This document shows positions 39,877 to 54,259 of a stretch of DNA of 64,000 nucleotides, in pieces (the first letter of the stretch is position 1; each line of letters starts with the position of its first letter). The translations under genes were made by a program, and so were the position numbers. The notes beneath the pieces were generated by a model. It saw nothing but the letters and a program-made list of their open reading frames with translations, made no database searches and was not told the origin of the DNA. Source of the stretch: Octopus sinensis (lineage: Eukaryota); contig NC_043006.1 of the NCBI RefSeq assembly GCF_006345805.1, positions 29,140,001 to 29,204,000 on the forward strand, read 5' to 3'.

Positions 39877-42800
39877 TATACATACATATACGACAGGCTT
39901 CTTTCAGTTTCCGCCTACCAAATCCATTGACAAGGCTTTGGTTGGTCCGAGGCTATAGTAGAAGACACTTGCCCAAGGTTCCACGCAGTGGGACTGAACC
40001 CAGGACCATGTGGTCGGTAAGCAAGCTACTTACCACACAGCCACTCCTGCACAATAAACATTTGTTATATATAATGTTATAGTAACTGAAATCTCAATAT
40101 AATGTCATTTTCTTGAACGCCGTAGAAGTCATATAACTGAGTAACCATATTATCTGCCTGCCAGCCATTTGATTTTAAGTTCAAATCCAGTGCAAGTTGT
40201 GTACTTAAGATTTACATGGCCTCATTTCATCTTGCTCCAAAGGGGTGAGTCTTTGTATGGTTTTGCTCCCTTACATCAAATCCTGTTCATAAAACAGAAC
40301 ATACTGGACAGTGTTGTTCCTGATACAAGAATAAAAAGCACCCACAGAATAGATATGTGTAGAATACCTTTTGATCATTGCTTTACTTGATAAGAGTTGA
40401 TCTGGAGCTTACTAACTGTATATGTCCTATTTCATTTAAAAATTACTACATTAATTGTTGTATAACAATAGAGCAACGTCATTTAAAACTTTTAAAATGT
40501 TTTTGGCTAAAGTAAATAGGAACTCCAAGTTTCTTATTTGTAAATCAAATATGGAAGTTTTGTATTTGAACATGAAAATTGTATAATTTGCCACTTCTTT
40601 TATTGATCGTCGAGGAGATTACTGATACATCTGATTTTAATAAATTGCAATATTTTGCTACACACAAGGGAAAGTAGAATAGTTTATTAGACATTTTATT
40701 CCCTGTTATCAATTGCTTTCTTCAATTCTCTATTTTTTCTACTAAAAAAAAAAAAAACAACAACAATATAATAATGATTGGGATCATTCTTTAATCCTTT
40801 TGTTGCCATATTTCTGTTGAGATGTTCTGTTTCTTTCAATTAATTTTAAATATAACAAAGATTTTAATTCAGAACTCTTGAAAACAAGACATTTGTACTA
40901 CAGCTCCAGAGGTGGTTTCAGGTGGGTTGGTATCAAAAGGGTTAAACAATATATATTTTACACCACACACAGATGTCTATGTGTGTGTATGGTACCTTAG
41001 AGACTGAATGTTTATATATTTTAAGTTTCACTCTTTTGGGGTTTTTATATGATTAACACACTTTTTTATTCAACATGTTTATCATTAATCATGCTTTGCA
41101 TATTTGTGTGTGTTTTAAAAAAGAAATCTTTTGGCAGTTTTGTTTCTCTTTGGCTCTGTTAATTTTTTTTTTTTTTTTTTGATATATTTCAAACTTGACC
41201 TGGTCCAATTTGAACTTGATTTCCTTTCACCACTCTTCACTTAATTTTTTTTAGCTTCTTAACCCTTTTGTTACCGTATTTATTTTGAGATGCTCCATGT
41301 TTCTTTCAATTATTTTAAATATAACAAAAGAATTTAGTAAAATAACTATCATTAAGCTAGTGTTTGGAACATAAATTGTGACTCAGTTTTGGTGGAAGAT
41401 TTTAATTCAAAACTTATGAGAGCCAGTTTCAGCTGTGTTGGTAACAAAAGGGTTAAATAATTTCACTTCACTTAACAGCTACTTTTATCACTGATGACTT
41501 TCTTCTTCATCACCAACATCAGCAGATACTTTCAGTATTCACCTTCACTTGATCATAAACAATTTCATGCTATTTTCTTTCTACTTTTGCTATCATTGCA
41601 CATTCACTGACCAAATTTTACTGCTTCTTTTGGAACCCATGTACAGTGTTCTTTCCAGCTTCTAAATATTGGGAGGATATTTGATAATCAACTTTATTTC
41701 TTGTATGATTAGATTTCTTTATGTTGATATTTATAGCAGGCTTTTGTACACAAACGTTGGATACCAGTAAACAATCAAGCCAACAAGGGAGAAACTTGCT
41801 CCCCCCTGCTAGAGATAGCTGCCAAATCTTCCTCAAATCTCACCATATCATCTTAAACAAAAACATTGAATAATGCACACCTGGGCTCTCTGAATACAAG
41901 AGAAAGGTCGGATTGTCATGGCTGGAATGGTTTGCTTAACCAAGGCTGTGCTGGACTAAACAACTACCAGTAAACAATTTGTTTGTGCAAATAAATTTTG
42001 TAAATGTGAGATTGTAAAAGAATAGAAAATATGGTTATGCATGACAGAAAAAGCAGCAATGTTTCTTCTTCAGTATATCAGATCAATATCTTCATAAATA
42101 TAAAGTCAAAATCTGAAGAAATTCTGTGTAGGTAATAATTTGTGCAGTGTAGAGTTCTAGAAGAATTATAAATTCAGTTGTTATCAGAAGTGAAAGATCT
42201 AATGTTTCAAAACTTTACTTTTCATCTGAGATGATGGAAAAGAGAGAAAATGGTGTTAGTACTTTGTGGAGGCCAATATTTGCTAAAAATATAGCATCAC
42301 TTTTTACCCTCACAAACAGATGAAGGGCAACTTATTGATATGTTACATTCTTCACCATATATGTCAATTATGTTTATCAAATTTGTCTAGAACTCGCCTA
42401 TGTACACACTTAGTTTGTCTCTATTATTGTCAAATAATAATGTTCATAATCCATTCTGCCTGTCTCCAACTTCCATATTTTGATTTAATCCACAGTATTT
42501 TTTTTTCTATTGTTAAATGTTAAACAGTATATGAAATATTTGCAGTCGGATTGTGTGTGTATGACCCTTGAAATTCATTTGTGTATTTTTCTTGAATGGT
42601 TATAAATGTTTACTCTTGTAAAAGTTTCAACATAACACCCATTGTTGAACATCAAAAAGAATTTCAAATTAACAGTCTTGCACTTTCATTCAATTGTTTG
42701 TTTATTTCTAAATACAGGAAGTTCATAGTTCAAGTTTAAATTTAACTATGATCTAATTGATAAAACTAGATCCAAGGAATAAAACAATAGTGTTCTCAAC

Positions 42801-45578
42801 AAAAACTAAGCTTACATGTAATTACCTAAAAATCCTGAACATGCTTACCAATCAGCTGAAGTACCCTGAATAAGCTGAAGTACCCTGAATTAAATATGGC
42901 TTCAAATTTTGCTTTTTCTTTTATATTTCTTTTGAATATCAATTAGTTTAGTTTTACTGCACTTTTACCACTAACAATTTTTACTCCGCATTATCAAAAA
43001 AATGTCATGGAATCAGTATCAAAATTATTTAATTTACTTTAGTTTAATATGAAATTGTTAATGTCAGTTTTAACTTGATAAAATTTTTTATGAATTTTTA
43101 AAATATAAAGCAACTTCTAATAAGTTATAACTTGATAGCAACAATGATTATTTTTATGTATAATCATTGTATTTTTATTAAACTTTCTTAATATAAGTTG
43201 CATTTTCTTATAATTCATTTATTTTTTATATTTTCTTATTTTATCAGAAGGACTTAAATTTGACTAAGATTTGAGGGTTAATCTGAAACTTTTGTATCTT
43301 ATCACAAGTCTGTCACTTATGTTTTTGCCTTTTTGAAGTTTATTAAAGAATACATTGATATACAACACTTTTTAGTTGTATTTACATTGTACAACCATGA
43401 CGGGATTCTTAATTTAGATAAATGGTTTTTTGTAAGGGTTATTTAGTTTTGAATATTCTTTAGTTAATATATGTGAAATCGTATTATACTTTTACCATGT
43501 AATATTGTTGAAATATTTTTATGTTATTCTAGTTTCCTCAAATTGAATCTGCCTCCTTCCAGGTTGAAAAAAAAATTTCATTATCTTCTTGACAAAATTC
43601 AAAACTAGACATTTCTTCTCATATTTATCTCGAGTCCATTTGTGACTTCCTTAACTGTTTCCATAATCACATTTTTCAGTGAGAGGTTAGTACTGTTTAC
43701 TGTGTTATGGATTCAGCTTTTAAATAGCTTATTGTCCACTCTGTGGAGCACAACAGCCAGTTCAGATAGGGGTTGTTGTGTATACTTGCCTCTTTGATGC
43801 TGTACTTGTGATAAGATGCAAATTTTTTTGCCATCACTCTCAAACAGATTAATACTTCTACTTACAAGTATTCATTTTTATTTCTTTTATAATACATCAA
43901 CCTGATTCTCTTCAAAGGCAACTTCACAAATAGAAATTAATTTCTTGCAAGATTATAATACCAAAATTAAAAACAATATGTCAAGTTAAAATATGATATA
44001 TTAATCTCAGACTGCAAAATTCTCTCTCTTTATATTTGAGTAAATATTATCCCTTCTAAAAATGAAGGAATTTTCAGACATTTAATATTCAGTATGTTTG
44101 TTTCAGTTTTTATTTTATTTTAATATAAATGTATGCATTGTTACTAACAGTAGTGGAAACAGATGAAAATATCAGGACAAATACCATTGAAGATGCTATA
44201 CCTGCAACTGTGACTGAAGAAACCTATAATGTAAAAATTAACCAAAGTCCTTCCCCTCGACAGAGGCATCCCAATTCTTCAGAAAAGCCACATGCGTCAT
44301 CAAAAACTCGATCTTCTCAAGTCTATCCTACAAACTTGCCAGGTAAGTTATGTTTTACTTGACATTTCAAAACAACAGCTTGAAGCAAAAAAAAATTCAG
44401 GTGTCAGAGAAAATAGGATGCTGGAAAACTTTCTCCTATCACTTCTAATACTGGAAAAAGCTAGTTATATTCTGCTGGGGTAACAAGTAAAAAGTGATGT
44501 GTGTTGTCAGGAAAAGGACCATTTATTGGAGAAAGACAGAGGATTAAAAAAATTGTTTGAGTTGGAACTGGTTGGTCTGATCCGTTTCAACATTTCTGTG
44601 GCATAATGGCAGTACATCTTTTATTGGTTCTAGTCTTGGACTATGACCATGCTGGGGCTCTGCCTTCAAGTGTTTTAGGCAATCTTATCAATTACAGTAC
44701 TCATTTCATTATGTAGTTTATTTTATCAATCTGTTTCTTGACTCACTAAGTTATAGGACATAATGGATCACAACGAAAATGGTGTCAATTTTTAAACGTA
44801 GATATGAGCATGAACACACACACCCACACACACAAGCAGCATACACATTTGCAGGTATAGTGTGCATGTTGCATGTGTATCTCCAAACAGTATTATGTTT
44901 TGTGTGTGTGTGTTTATGTATATATATGTATGTATGTGTGTGTGTATGTGTGTGTGTATGTATGTATGTGTGTGTGTGTGTGTGTGTATGTATGTGTGTG
45001 TGTATGTGTGTGTATGTGTGTGTGTGCGTGTGTGTGTATGTGTGTGTGTGCGTGTGTGCATGTGTGTGTGTGTGTGCGCGTGAGTGTGTGTGTGCATGCG
45101 TGTGTGTGCGTGCATGTGTGTGCGTGCGTGTGTGTGCGTGCGTGTATGTGTGTGTGCATGTATGTATGTGTGCATGTATGTATGTGTGTATGTATGTGTG
45201 TGTATGTATGTATCTCCCCAATTTCGCTCTTGCGTCTCACGTTTGATCTTTGACTTCTGGCCGAAATCAGATCGCCATGTTGATTCGCTAGCCTCTGCAC
45301 GCATTTTTTTCTCTCCTTGTTTCTCTCCGTGTTTCTTTTCTGTGTATCTTTCTGTTGAAGAGCGTAGTCTCGAAACGTAAAAGACTTGTTTTATTTATAT
45401 TCCTGAGCGCCATACTAATACAATTGTTTGTTTGTATTCCACCTGCCTTCGTCTTTTGTTTATTTTCATAAAGCTTCCCGTTATGTGTATGTATGTATGG
45501 TATGTATGTGTGTGTATGTGTGTATGTGTGTGTGTATGTATGTGTGTGTGTATGTATGTGTGTGTGTATGTGTGTGTG

Positions 45579-45612
<34 letters not shown>

Positions 45613-45899
45613 ATGTATGTGTGTGTATGTATGTGTATGTATGTATGTATGTATATTTGCATGTATGTATGTATATTTGTATGTATGTATGTATATTTGT
45701 ATGTATGTATGTATATTTGTATGTATGTATGTATATTTGTATGTATATGTATGTATATTTGTATGTATATGTATGTATATTTGTATGTATATTTGTATGT
45801 ATATGTATGTATATTTGTATGTATATGTATGTATATGTATGTATATTTGTATGTATATGTATGTATATTTGTATGTATGTATGTATATTTGTATGTATG

Positions 45900-45939
<40 letters not shown>

Positions 45940-48900
45940 TGTATGTATATATATATGTATGTATATATATATGTATGTATATATGTATGTATATGTATGT
46001 ATATATATATATATATATTATATATATATATACATACAGAGAGAGAGAGAGAGAGAGAGCTTTTGCTTCTGCACAGTCTCAGTATTGATCAGCTCAAGTC
46101 TACAGTAGAAGATAGTTGTCCAAGGTGACACACAATGGGATTGAACCTGGAACCATATAACTGTGATGCAGTCTTTTGAATCACTCAGTGTCTTAGCTCA
46201 GAAGGCTTGCAACTGAGATATCCCATACATCCATATTCTTAGTCTGCTGCCCATTGAGTATTGTTATGACAGCAACACAGATTGATTTGGTCTCTGTAAG
46301 ATCCACTGGAATTAGTTTGTAGCCCATCATACAATTTGAACATGGTATAGCTCTTAGCGATGCCTGTGTTGTGAGTTATATGTATTCTTGTTGTGTGTTT
46401 TTGTGGAGTCCTGTTTTTATTTTCATTTTTGGATTGACATAGATAGACAGTTTTAAGGACAGAGTATTGTTTTAACGTGCGTGATCCCCTTAATGGTTAC
46501 AAAGGAGATAATCATTTCATCCATAATATGAAGCAAGATTTTAAATTTGAAATTGAAATTAAGAAGTCATAAGAAAAAAAAAAAAGATGCATAGAATTCA
46601 GATATTTCCTGTTTGTTTCACTGACTTCATATGAAATTCTTCAAATGTCTAGTGTTTTGTAACTTTGTATGAACTTTTTCATTCTTTTTAGAAATTATCA
46701 CCATGAAATAACTCGTAACTTATTGATTAAACATTTTATAAAGTGAGACATTTCATTAAATATACAGTCTAGAAGAAATTCATGGAGTGTATTTCCTTTT
46801 TCTTTTCTTCATAGCATGTTAGCAGTTTAGGATTGGAGAGAAAGTTCTTTGTTATTCATATACAGAATAACTGTTTCCTATATTGTTCTGTTGCAGATAT
46901 AACTAAATGTTTGTGTGTTAGACATGTTTTTGTAGAACGTGTGGGAGTTGCAGACAATAGCAACTACAACTTATTCTCATCATCTGTTGTCTTTCAGTTT
47001 CAGCCTTCTTGATATTTTTTATCCCTATCAGTTGGTAATATATATACAACTTGTTATTTCCACATATTTTCTCATAATAACTCTATACTTACACTTGATA
47101 GTAACCAGCTGTAATTTGTAGTGTTGTATGTATAAGGAGTGAATAGGTGTAGGAGTGTCTGTGTGGTAAGTAGCTTGCTAACCAACCACATGGTTCTGGG
47201 TCCAGTCCCACTGCGTGGCATCTTGGGCAAGTGTCTTCTGCTATAGCCTCGGGCCGACCAAAGCCTTGTGGGTGGATTTGGTAGACGGAAACTGAAAGAA
47301 GTCTGTCGTATATATATATATATATGTATGTATGTATGTGTGTCTATATGTTTGTGTGTCTGTATTTGTCCCTCTAGCATTGCTTGACAACTGATGCTGG
47401 TGTGTTTATGTCCCCGTCACTTAGCGGTTCGGCAAAAGAGACCGATAGAATAAGTACTGGGCTTACAAAGAATAAGTTCCGGGGTCCATTTGCTCGACTA
47501 AAGGTGGTGCTCCAGCATGGCCGCAGTCAAAATGACTGAAACAAGTAAAAGAGTAAAATAGTATAAATGAAAGAGGAAGACTATACTCAATGTATATTGT
47601 AGAGTTCATTCATTCACTTACCAGAGATGAGAATATCTCGGGTTGGACAGTTCGGCAGGATCAGGTGAATCACAGGGCTGCATCATGTTCCATGTTAGCT
47701 TTGGCATCCATCTTATAAGATGGATGCCCTTCCTAACACCAACCACCTTACAGTGTGTACAGAATGCTTTTTTCTTACCACCAACATTTGTGGGGTTGCC
47801 AAGTAACTAGCAAAAAAAAGGGGGGTGGGGTGGAAAGCCCTCTTGCCCAAGAGAAGGGTGGAGTTTTGAGAGGTTGTAGTAGTGGCTTTATGCCTGAGTC
47901 AAGCACAGGTAGAGGTGTCATGCTATAGAAAAGATACATAGCTACCCTGCATTTATATAAGGGTGGGTGGGAATATCTGGGAGAAAAAGATGGTGATGAT
48001 GGAGTGCCAGAATAAAATCTTTAAGAGATAATATTGGCAGTGGACCAGGGGGGGGAGTTATATGGAGTGAGGGGAGAGTACCAGATGGTTAGAGATGGAA
48101 GCAGAGGGGGAATGTAGTGAGTGATGAACAGGAGTGGCTATGTGGCTTCATATATTTATATTTCTTTTATGTGTTTCAGTCATTAGACAGTGGCCATGCT
48201 GGGGCATCACCTTGAAGGATTTAGTCAAACAAATTAACCCCAGTACTTATGTTTATTTAAGCCTGGTACCTGTTCTATCAGTTCTTTGGTTGAGCCACTA
48301 AGTTACAAGAATGTAAACAAGCCAACACTGGTTGTCAAGCAGTGGTGGTAGTAAAACTCCAAGATAAACACACACATATATATAAAGATGGGCTGCTTTC
48401 AGTTTCCATCTACTAGATCCACTCACAAGGCTTCGGTTGACCCAGGGCTACAATAGAAGACAGTTGCCCAAGGTGTCACGCAGTTGGACTGAACTCAGAG
48501 CCATATGATTGAGAAGCAAACTTCTCACCACACAGCCATACCTGTGCCCCCACACACAAAAATATTGTAAGCATTATAAATAAACCAGGTTACATCTGGA
48601 CAAAGTTGCATTACTGGTCAGAGGTCAGTGATAAAGATCGTTTAATGCAGAAATATTGTGTTTTGTTTTTTTAATTCCTATAACAATGCACAAACATAAA
48701 TATATATTTGTATTTATCTTCCTCTTGAACTCTGCAGACCTTGATGTAATGATTAAATTAGTATTAACATGCTTATTGCTATTGAACATCAAACATCCAA
48801 TGAGAAATAAGTGTGTTGTGAAGAAAAGAAAGCATTAGCTCAATGCTTAATATTTGTCATCATCATCATCGTTTGATGTCCACCTTCCATGCTGGCATGG

Positions 48901-51145
48901 GTTGGATGGTTTGACAGGAGCTGGCCAGATAGAAGACTGCACCAGACTTTGGTGTCTGTCTGTGGCACTCTGGATGCCCTTCCTCACACTAGTCACCCAG
49001 CAGAGTGGACTGAGTGCTTTTTACATGGCCCCCTGCACTGGTGGGGTCACTAAGTAACTTGCAAGACAAAAGGACCTTTGAGAGGGGAGGGAACTTTGGA
49101 GGAGGTGATCTTGTGTCAGATGATGAAAGATTAGAGTGCGATAGAGAGAGAGAGAAACAGGTGTCTTGCTGTAGAGGAGGTATGTGGTCACCAAGCCAGA
49201 GTTAGCAAGAATGAGGACAGAAATAGGCATGCTGCTGTAAAGGAGATACAGGGTTACCCAACTAGAGAGAAGAGAGAGTGGGGGAAACAGCATGAGTGCA
49301 GGAGAGGGATGGTGGAGAAGTGCCAGGTTATACTAACAAGGATCAGAGCATAGATGTGATGGTAGTAATGTAGTTTGGTCTGTATGGTGAAAATTTTATT
49401 GTAATGTGTGGGTAGAACACAATGCTTCTAGAACTCAGCATGTATAGGTGAAAACTCTTTACATGTTTTGCTATTGTTTGTTCACTTTTACAATGTAATA
49501 AGACAGCACTAAATTGGTGTATGTATATGTATGTGTGTATGTATGTATATGTATGTGTGTATGTATGTATATGTGTGTGTGTGTGTATGTATGTGTATGT
49601 ATGTATATGTGTGTATGTATATGTGTGTATGTGTATATGTGTATGTATATGTATGTGTATGTGTGTATGTATGTGTGTGTATGTATGTGTGTGTATGTAT
49701 GTGTGTATGTGTATGTATGTGGGTGTATGTATGTGTGTGTATGTATGTGTGTGTGTATGCGTGCATGTATGTGTATGATGAGATTGACACAAACTCAACT
49801 GCTGGACCTGATGGATTTCCAACGATCCTTCTCAAATCGTGCAAATGAGCCCTTGCAAAACCGCTACAACTTCTTTTTCAGAGCTTTCTTGCAAGTGGTA
49901 AGCTCCCAGTCAAATTGAAAGAAGGGGTAATATGCCCTATCTATAAGGGAGGAAGCAGAGCAGATGCTAAAAATTATAGGCCTATCTCTCTGACCTCACA
50001 CATCAGCAAAGTCATGGAACGAATAGTCCGCAAGAAACTAATCATGTTCCTTGAAGAAAATGACTTGCTGACTGATACCCAGCATGGATTTCGACCAGGT
50101 AGAAGCTGTCTAACACAGCTCCTTCAACACTATGACTGAGTGTTAAAACAGCTACTAAATAGCTCAAATGTGGATGTGATATATCTCGACTTTGCAAAAG
50201 CCTTTGATAAAGTCGACCATGATCTGTCAGAAACTGCATGATCTCAGCATAGGCGGAGAACTTGGAGAGTGGCTGCACAACTTCCTGAAAGATAGAACGC
50301 AGGCAGTTGTGGCCAATGAAGCCACCTCCAAGGAAACACAAATAACAAGCGGTGTTCCACAGGGCACTGACTTGGGGCCACTGCTGTTCATAGTGGCCCT
50401 TTCAGACATGCCCTCAGTTGCTAAGATGGCCACCCTTGCTAGCTATGCAAATACACTGGCCCAGGAAGAATTGCAATCCCTGAGTCAAAATCCGTGCGTG
50501 ACCACAATCCAGAGAAGATTCACAAAGAAGATCGTCTCTTTGCAACAGCTCAGCTACTGGGAAAGATTGAAACAGCTAAGACTCTACTCCCTGGAGAGAA
50601 GACAGGAGAGGTATGCAGTAATATGTGTCTGGAAGATCCTGGAAGGAATTGTGCCAAATTTTGGCATTGTAAGCTACACCAATGCTAGAACGGGACGACA
50701 CTGCATAGTTCCAAAGATCGCAGCAATGCCATCACGCTTCAGGACCAGCTACTAAAACAGCCTGGGTTTCAAGGGCCCACAGCTTTTTAATATTCTCCCA
50801 AAGAGTCTGAGCAACTTGCACAAAGTAGATGTAGCGGTTTTTAAATCAAAGCTGGACATCTTCCTGTCGAGAGCCCCAGATGAACCTACCTCATGGCAAG
50901 AGGTGCAAATGAGAGTAGCTATGTCAAACTCCATTCTCCACCAAGTGCCACATATTAGAGGAGGCTCTTCATAATGACAGTGTAGCACAAAACGGCGGTG
51001 CATCAGCATGGCTGCAGCTCTGAGCTGATACAAGAAAAACGAAATATATACATATATATATATATATATGTATATACATATACATATATCCATATATGTG
51101 TACGCATGTATATGTGTACGCATGTATATGTATGTATATATATGC

Positions 51146-51179
<34 letters not shown>

Positions 51180-51716
51180 GTATCTATATATATGTATCTA
51201 TATATATGCATGTATATATATGCATGTATATATATGCATGTATATATATGCATGTATATATATGCATGTATATATATGCATGTACATATATGCATGTATA
51301 TATACGCATGTATATTTATACGCATGTATATGTATGTATATATGCGTATGTATATATGCGTATGTATATATGCGTATGTATATATGCGTATGTATATATG
51401 CGTATGTATATATGCGTATGTATATATGCGTATGTATATATGCGTATGTATATATGCGTATGTATATATGCGTATGTATATATGCGTATGTATATATACG
51501 TATATATATATATGTATATATACGTATATATGTATATAAACATATATATATATACGTGTATGTATATATATATATATATATATACGTGTATGTATATATA
51601 TATATATATATATATACGTGTATGTATATATATATAATATATATACGTGTATGTATATATATATAGTATATATACGTATATATGTATATAAACTATATAT
51701 ATATACGTGTATGTAT

Positions 51717-51791
<75 letters not shown>

Positions 51792-51794
51792 GTG

Positions 51795-51873
<79 letters not shown>

Positions 51874-52466
51874 TCAGAGAAGCTACACAAAGAAAATCGT
51901 CTCAATGCAAAATGTCAGCTACTGGGAAAGACTGAAGGTATTAAACCTCTTCTCCCTGGAGCGGAGGCGGGAGAGATATGCAGTAATATACATCTGGAAA
52001 ATCCTGGAGGGTCTTATCCAAACTTTTGGCATTCAAAGTTACTCCACCGCAGAACGGGGCGCCGCTGCGTGGTGCCAAGGATTCCAACATCACCATCAAA
52101 ATACAGGTCCAGATACTGCAACAGCTTGGGTTTCAGAGGACCACAGCTTCAACATCCTCCTAAATGCCTGAGAGACTTACATGGTGTGGATGTGGGTTTC
52201 TTTAAAACTAAACTGGATCTCTTCTTGTGGGAGTCCCAGATGAACCTACCTCACGACAGGAGACACGGATGCGGGCAGCAGCATCGAAACTCCTTGTTGA
52301 TCAAGTGCCACGTATCAGGGTGGATTCACAAACTAGTGTGGCTCATTCAGCGGTGGTGCCCCAGCATGGCCGCGGCCTTCGGCTAAAACATTTTTAAGGA
52401 TTTAAGGATTTATATATATATACGTGTATGTATATATATATATATAATATATATATATATATCGTG

Positions 52467-52501
<35 letters not shown>

Positions 52502-52505
52502 CGTG

Positions 52506-52554
<49 letters not shown>

Positions 52555-52557
52555 GTG

Positions 52558-52608
<51 letters not shown>

Positions 52609-53107
52609 GTGTATGTATATATATATGTGTATGTATATATATGTGTATGTATATGTATGTATATATATATGTGTATGTATATGTATGTATATATGTGTAT
52701 GTATATATATGTGTATGTATATGTATGTATATATATATGTGTATGTATATGTATATATATGTATGTATATGTATGTATGTATATATATATGTATCTATAT
52801 GTATATATATGTATGTATATGTATGTATACGTATGTATATGTATGTATACGTATGTATATGTATGTATACGTATATGTATGTATATATATGTATGTATAC
52901 GTATATGTATGTATACGTATATGTATGTATACGTATATGTATGTATACGTATATGTATGTACGTATATGTATGTATACGTATATGTATGTATACGTATAT
53001 GTATGTATATATATTATATATATGTGTATATATATGATATATACGTATATATACGTATATATTGATATGTGTATATATATATAATATATATATATATATG
53101 TATATTG

Positions 53108-53157
<50 letters not shown>

Positions 53158-54220
53158 CGTATGTGTATATACTGTGTATATATATATATACGTATATATA
53201 TTATATATATCGTATATATATATATACGTATGTGTATATACGTGTATATATATATATACGTATATATATATATACGTATAGGAGGATCAGAATACGTATA
53301 CGTATACGAGGATACGTATACGAGATACGTATACGAGGATCAGAATCGAAATCGGGATACGTATACAAGGATCAGAATCAAAATCGATCAATGGAAATTG
53401 CGGATGTGCTACCAGTGCCGGTGGCATGTCGAAACTCTGCTTGTGAAGACCCATTGAGGCAAGTGAGGATCAGAATCGAAATCGATCAATGGAAATTGCA
53501 GATGTGTTACCAGTGCCGGTGGCATGTAAGAGAACTTTCGTTTCGCGACCGTTGCCAGCACCGCCCCGTTTCGTGTCCGTTGCCAGCCTCGCCTCGCCCT
53601 CGTGCCGGTGGCACATAAAAAGCACCATCCGTTCGTGGCCGTTTGCCAGCTCTGTCTGGCACCAGTGCGGGTGGCACGTAAAAAGCACCCACTACACTCA
53701 CGGAGTGGTTGGCGTTAGGAAGGGCATCCAGCCGTAGAAACACTGCCAGATTTGACTGGGCCTGATGAAGCCTTCTGGCTTCACAGACCCCAGTAGAACC
53801 GTCCAACCCATGCTAGCATGGAAAACGGACGCTAAATGATGATGATGATGATGATATATATACGTGTATATATATATATATACATGTATATATATATGTG
53901 TATATATATATGTATATATATGTATATACATACGTGTATATACATATGTGTATATATATATATGTGTATATATATGTATATATATGTATATACATACGTG
54001 TATATATATACGTGTATATATATACGTGTATATATATGTATATATATATACGTGTATATATATGTATGTATATATATGTATATATATACGTGTATATATA
54101 TACGTGTATATATACGTTATATATCATATATATATGTATATATACATATATATGTACGTATATATATCTATATATATAGTATATATACATATATATGTAC
54201 GTATATATGTATATATGTAC

Positions 54221-54259
<39 letters not shown>

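Noticed and set aside
41479-41550. Possible cryptic exon after cttaacag
   Set aside because: It reaches a stop in the required phase with no convincing donor.
42854-42891. 19-bp tandem duplication agctgaagtaccctgaat
   Set aside because: Two units only; ordinary slippage or a repair footprint with nothing further to support function.
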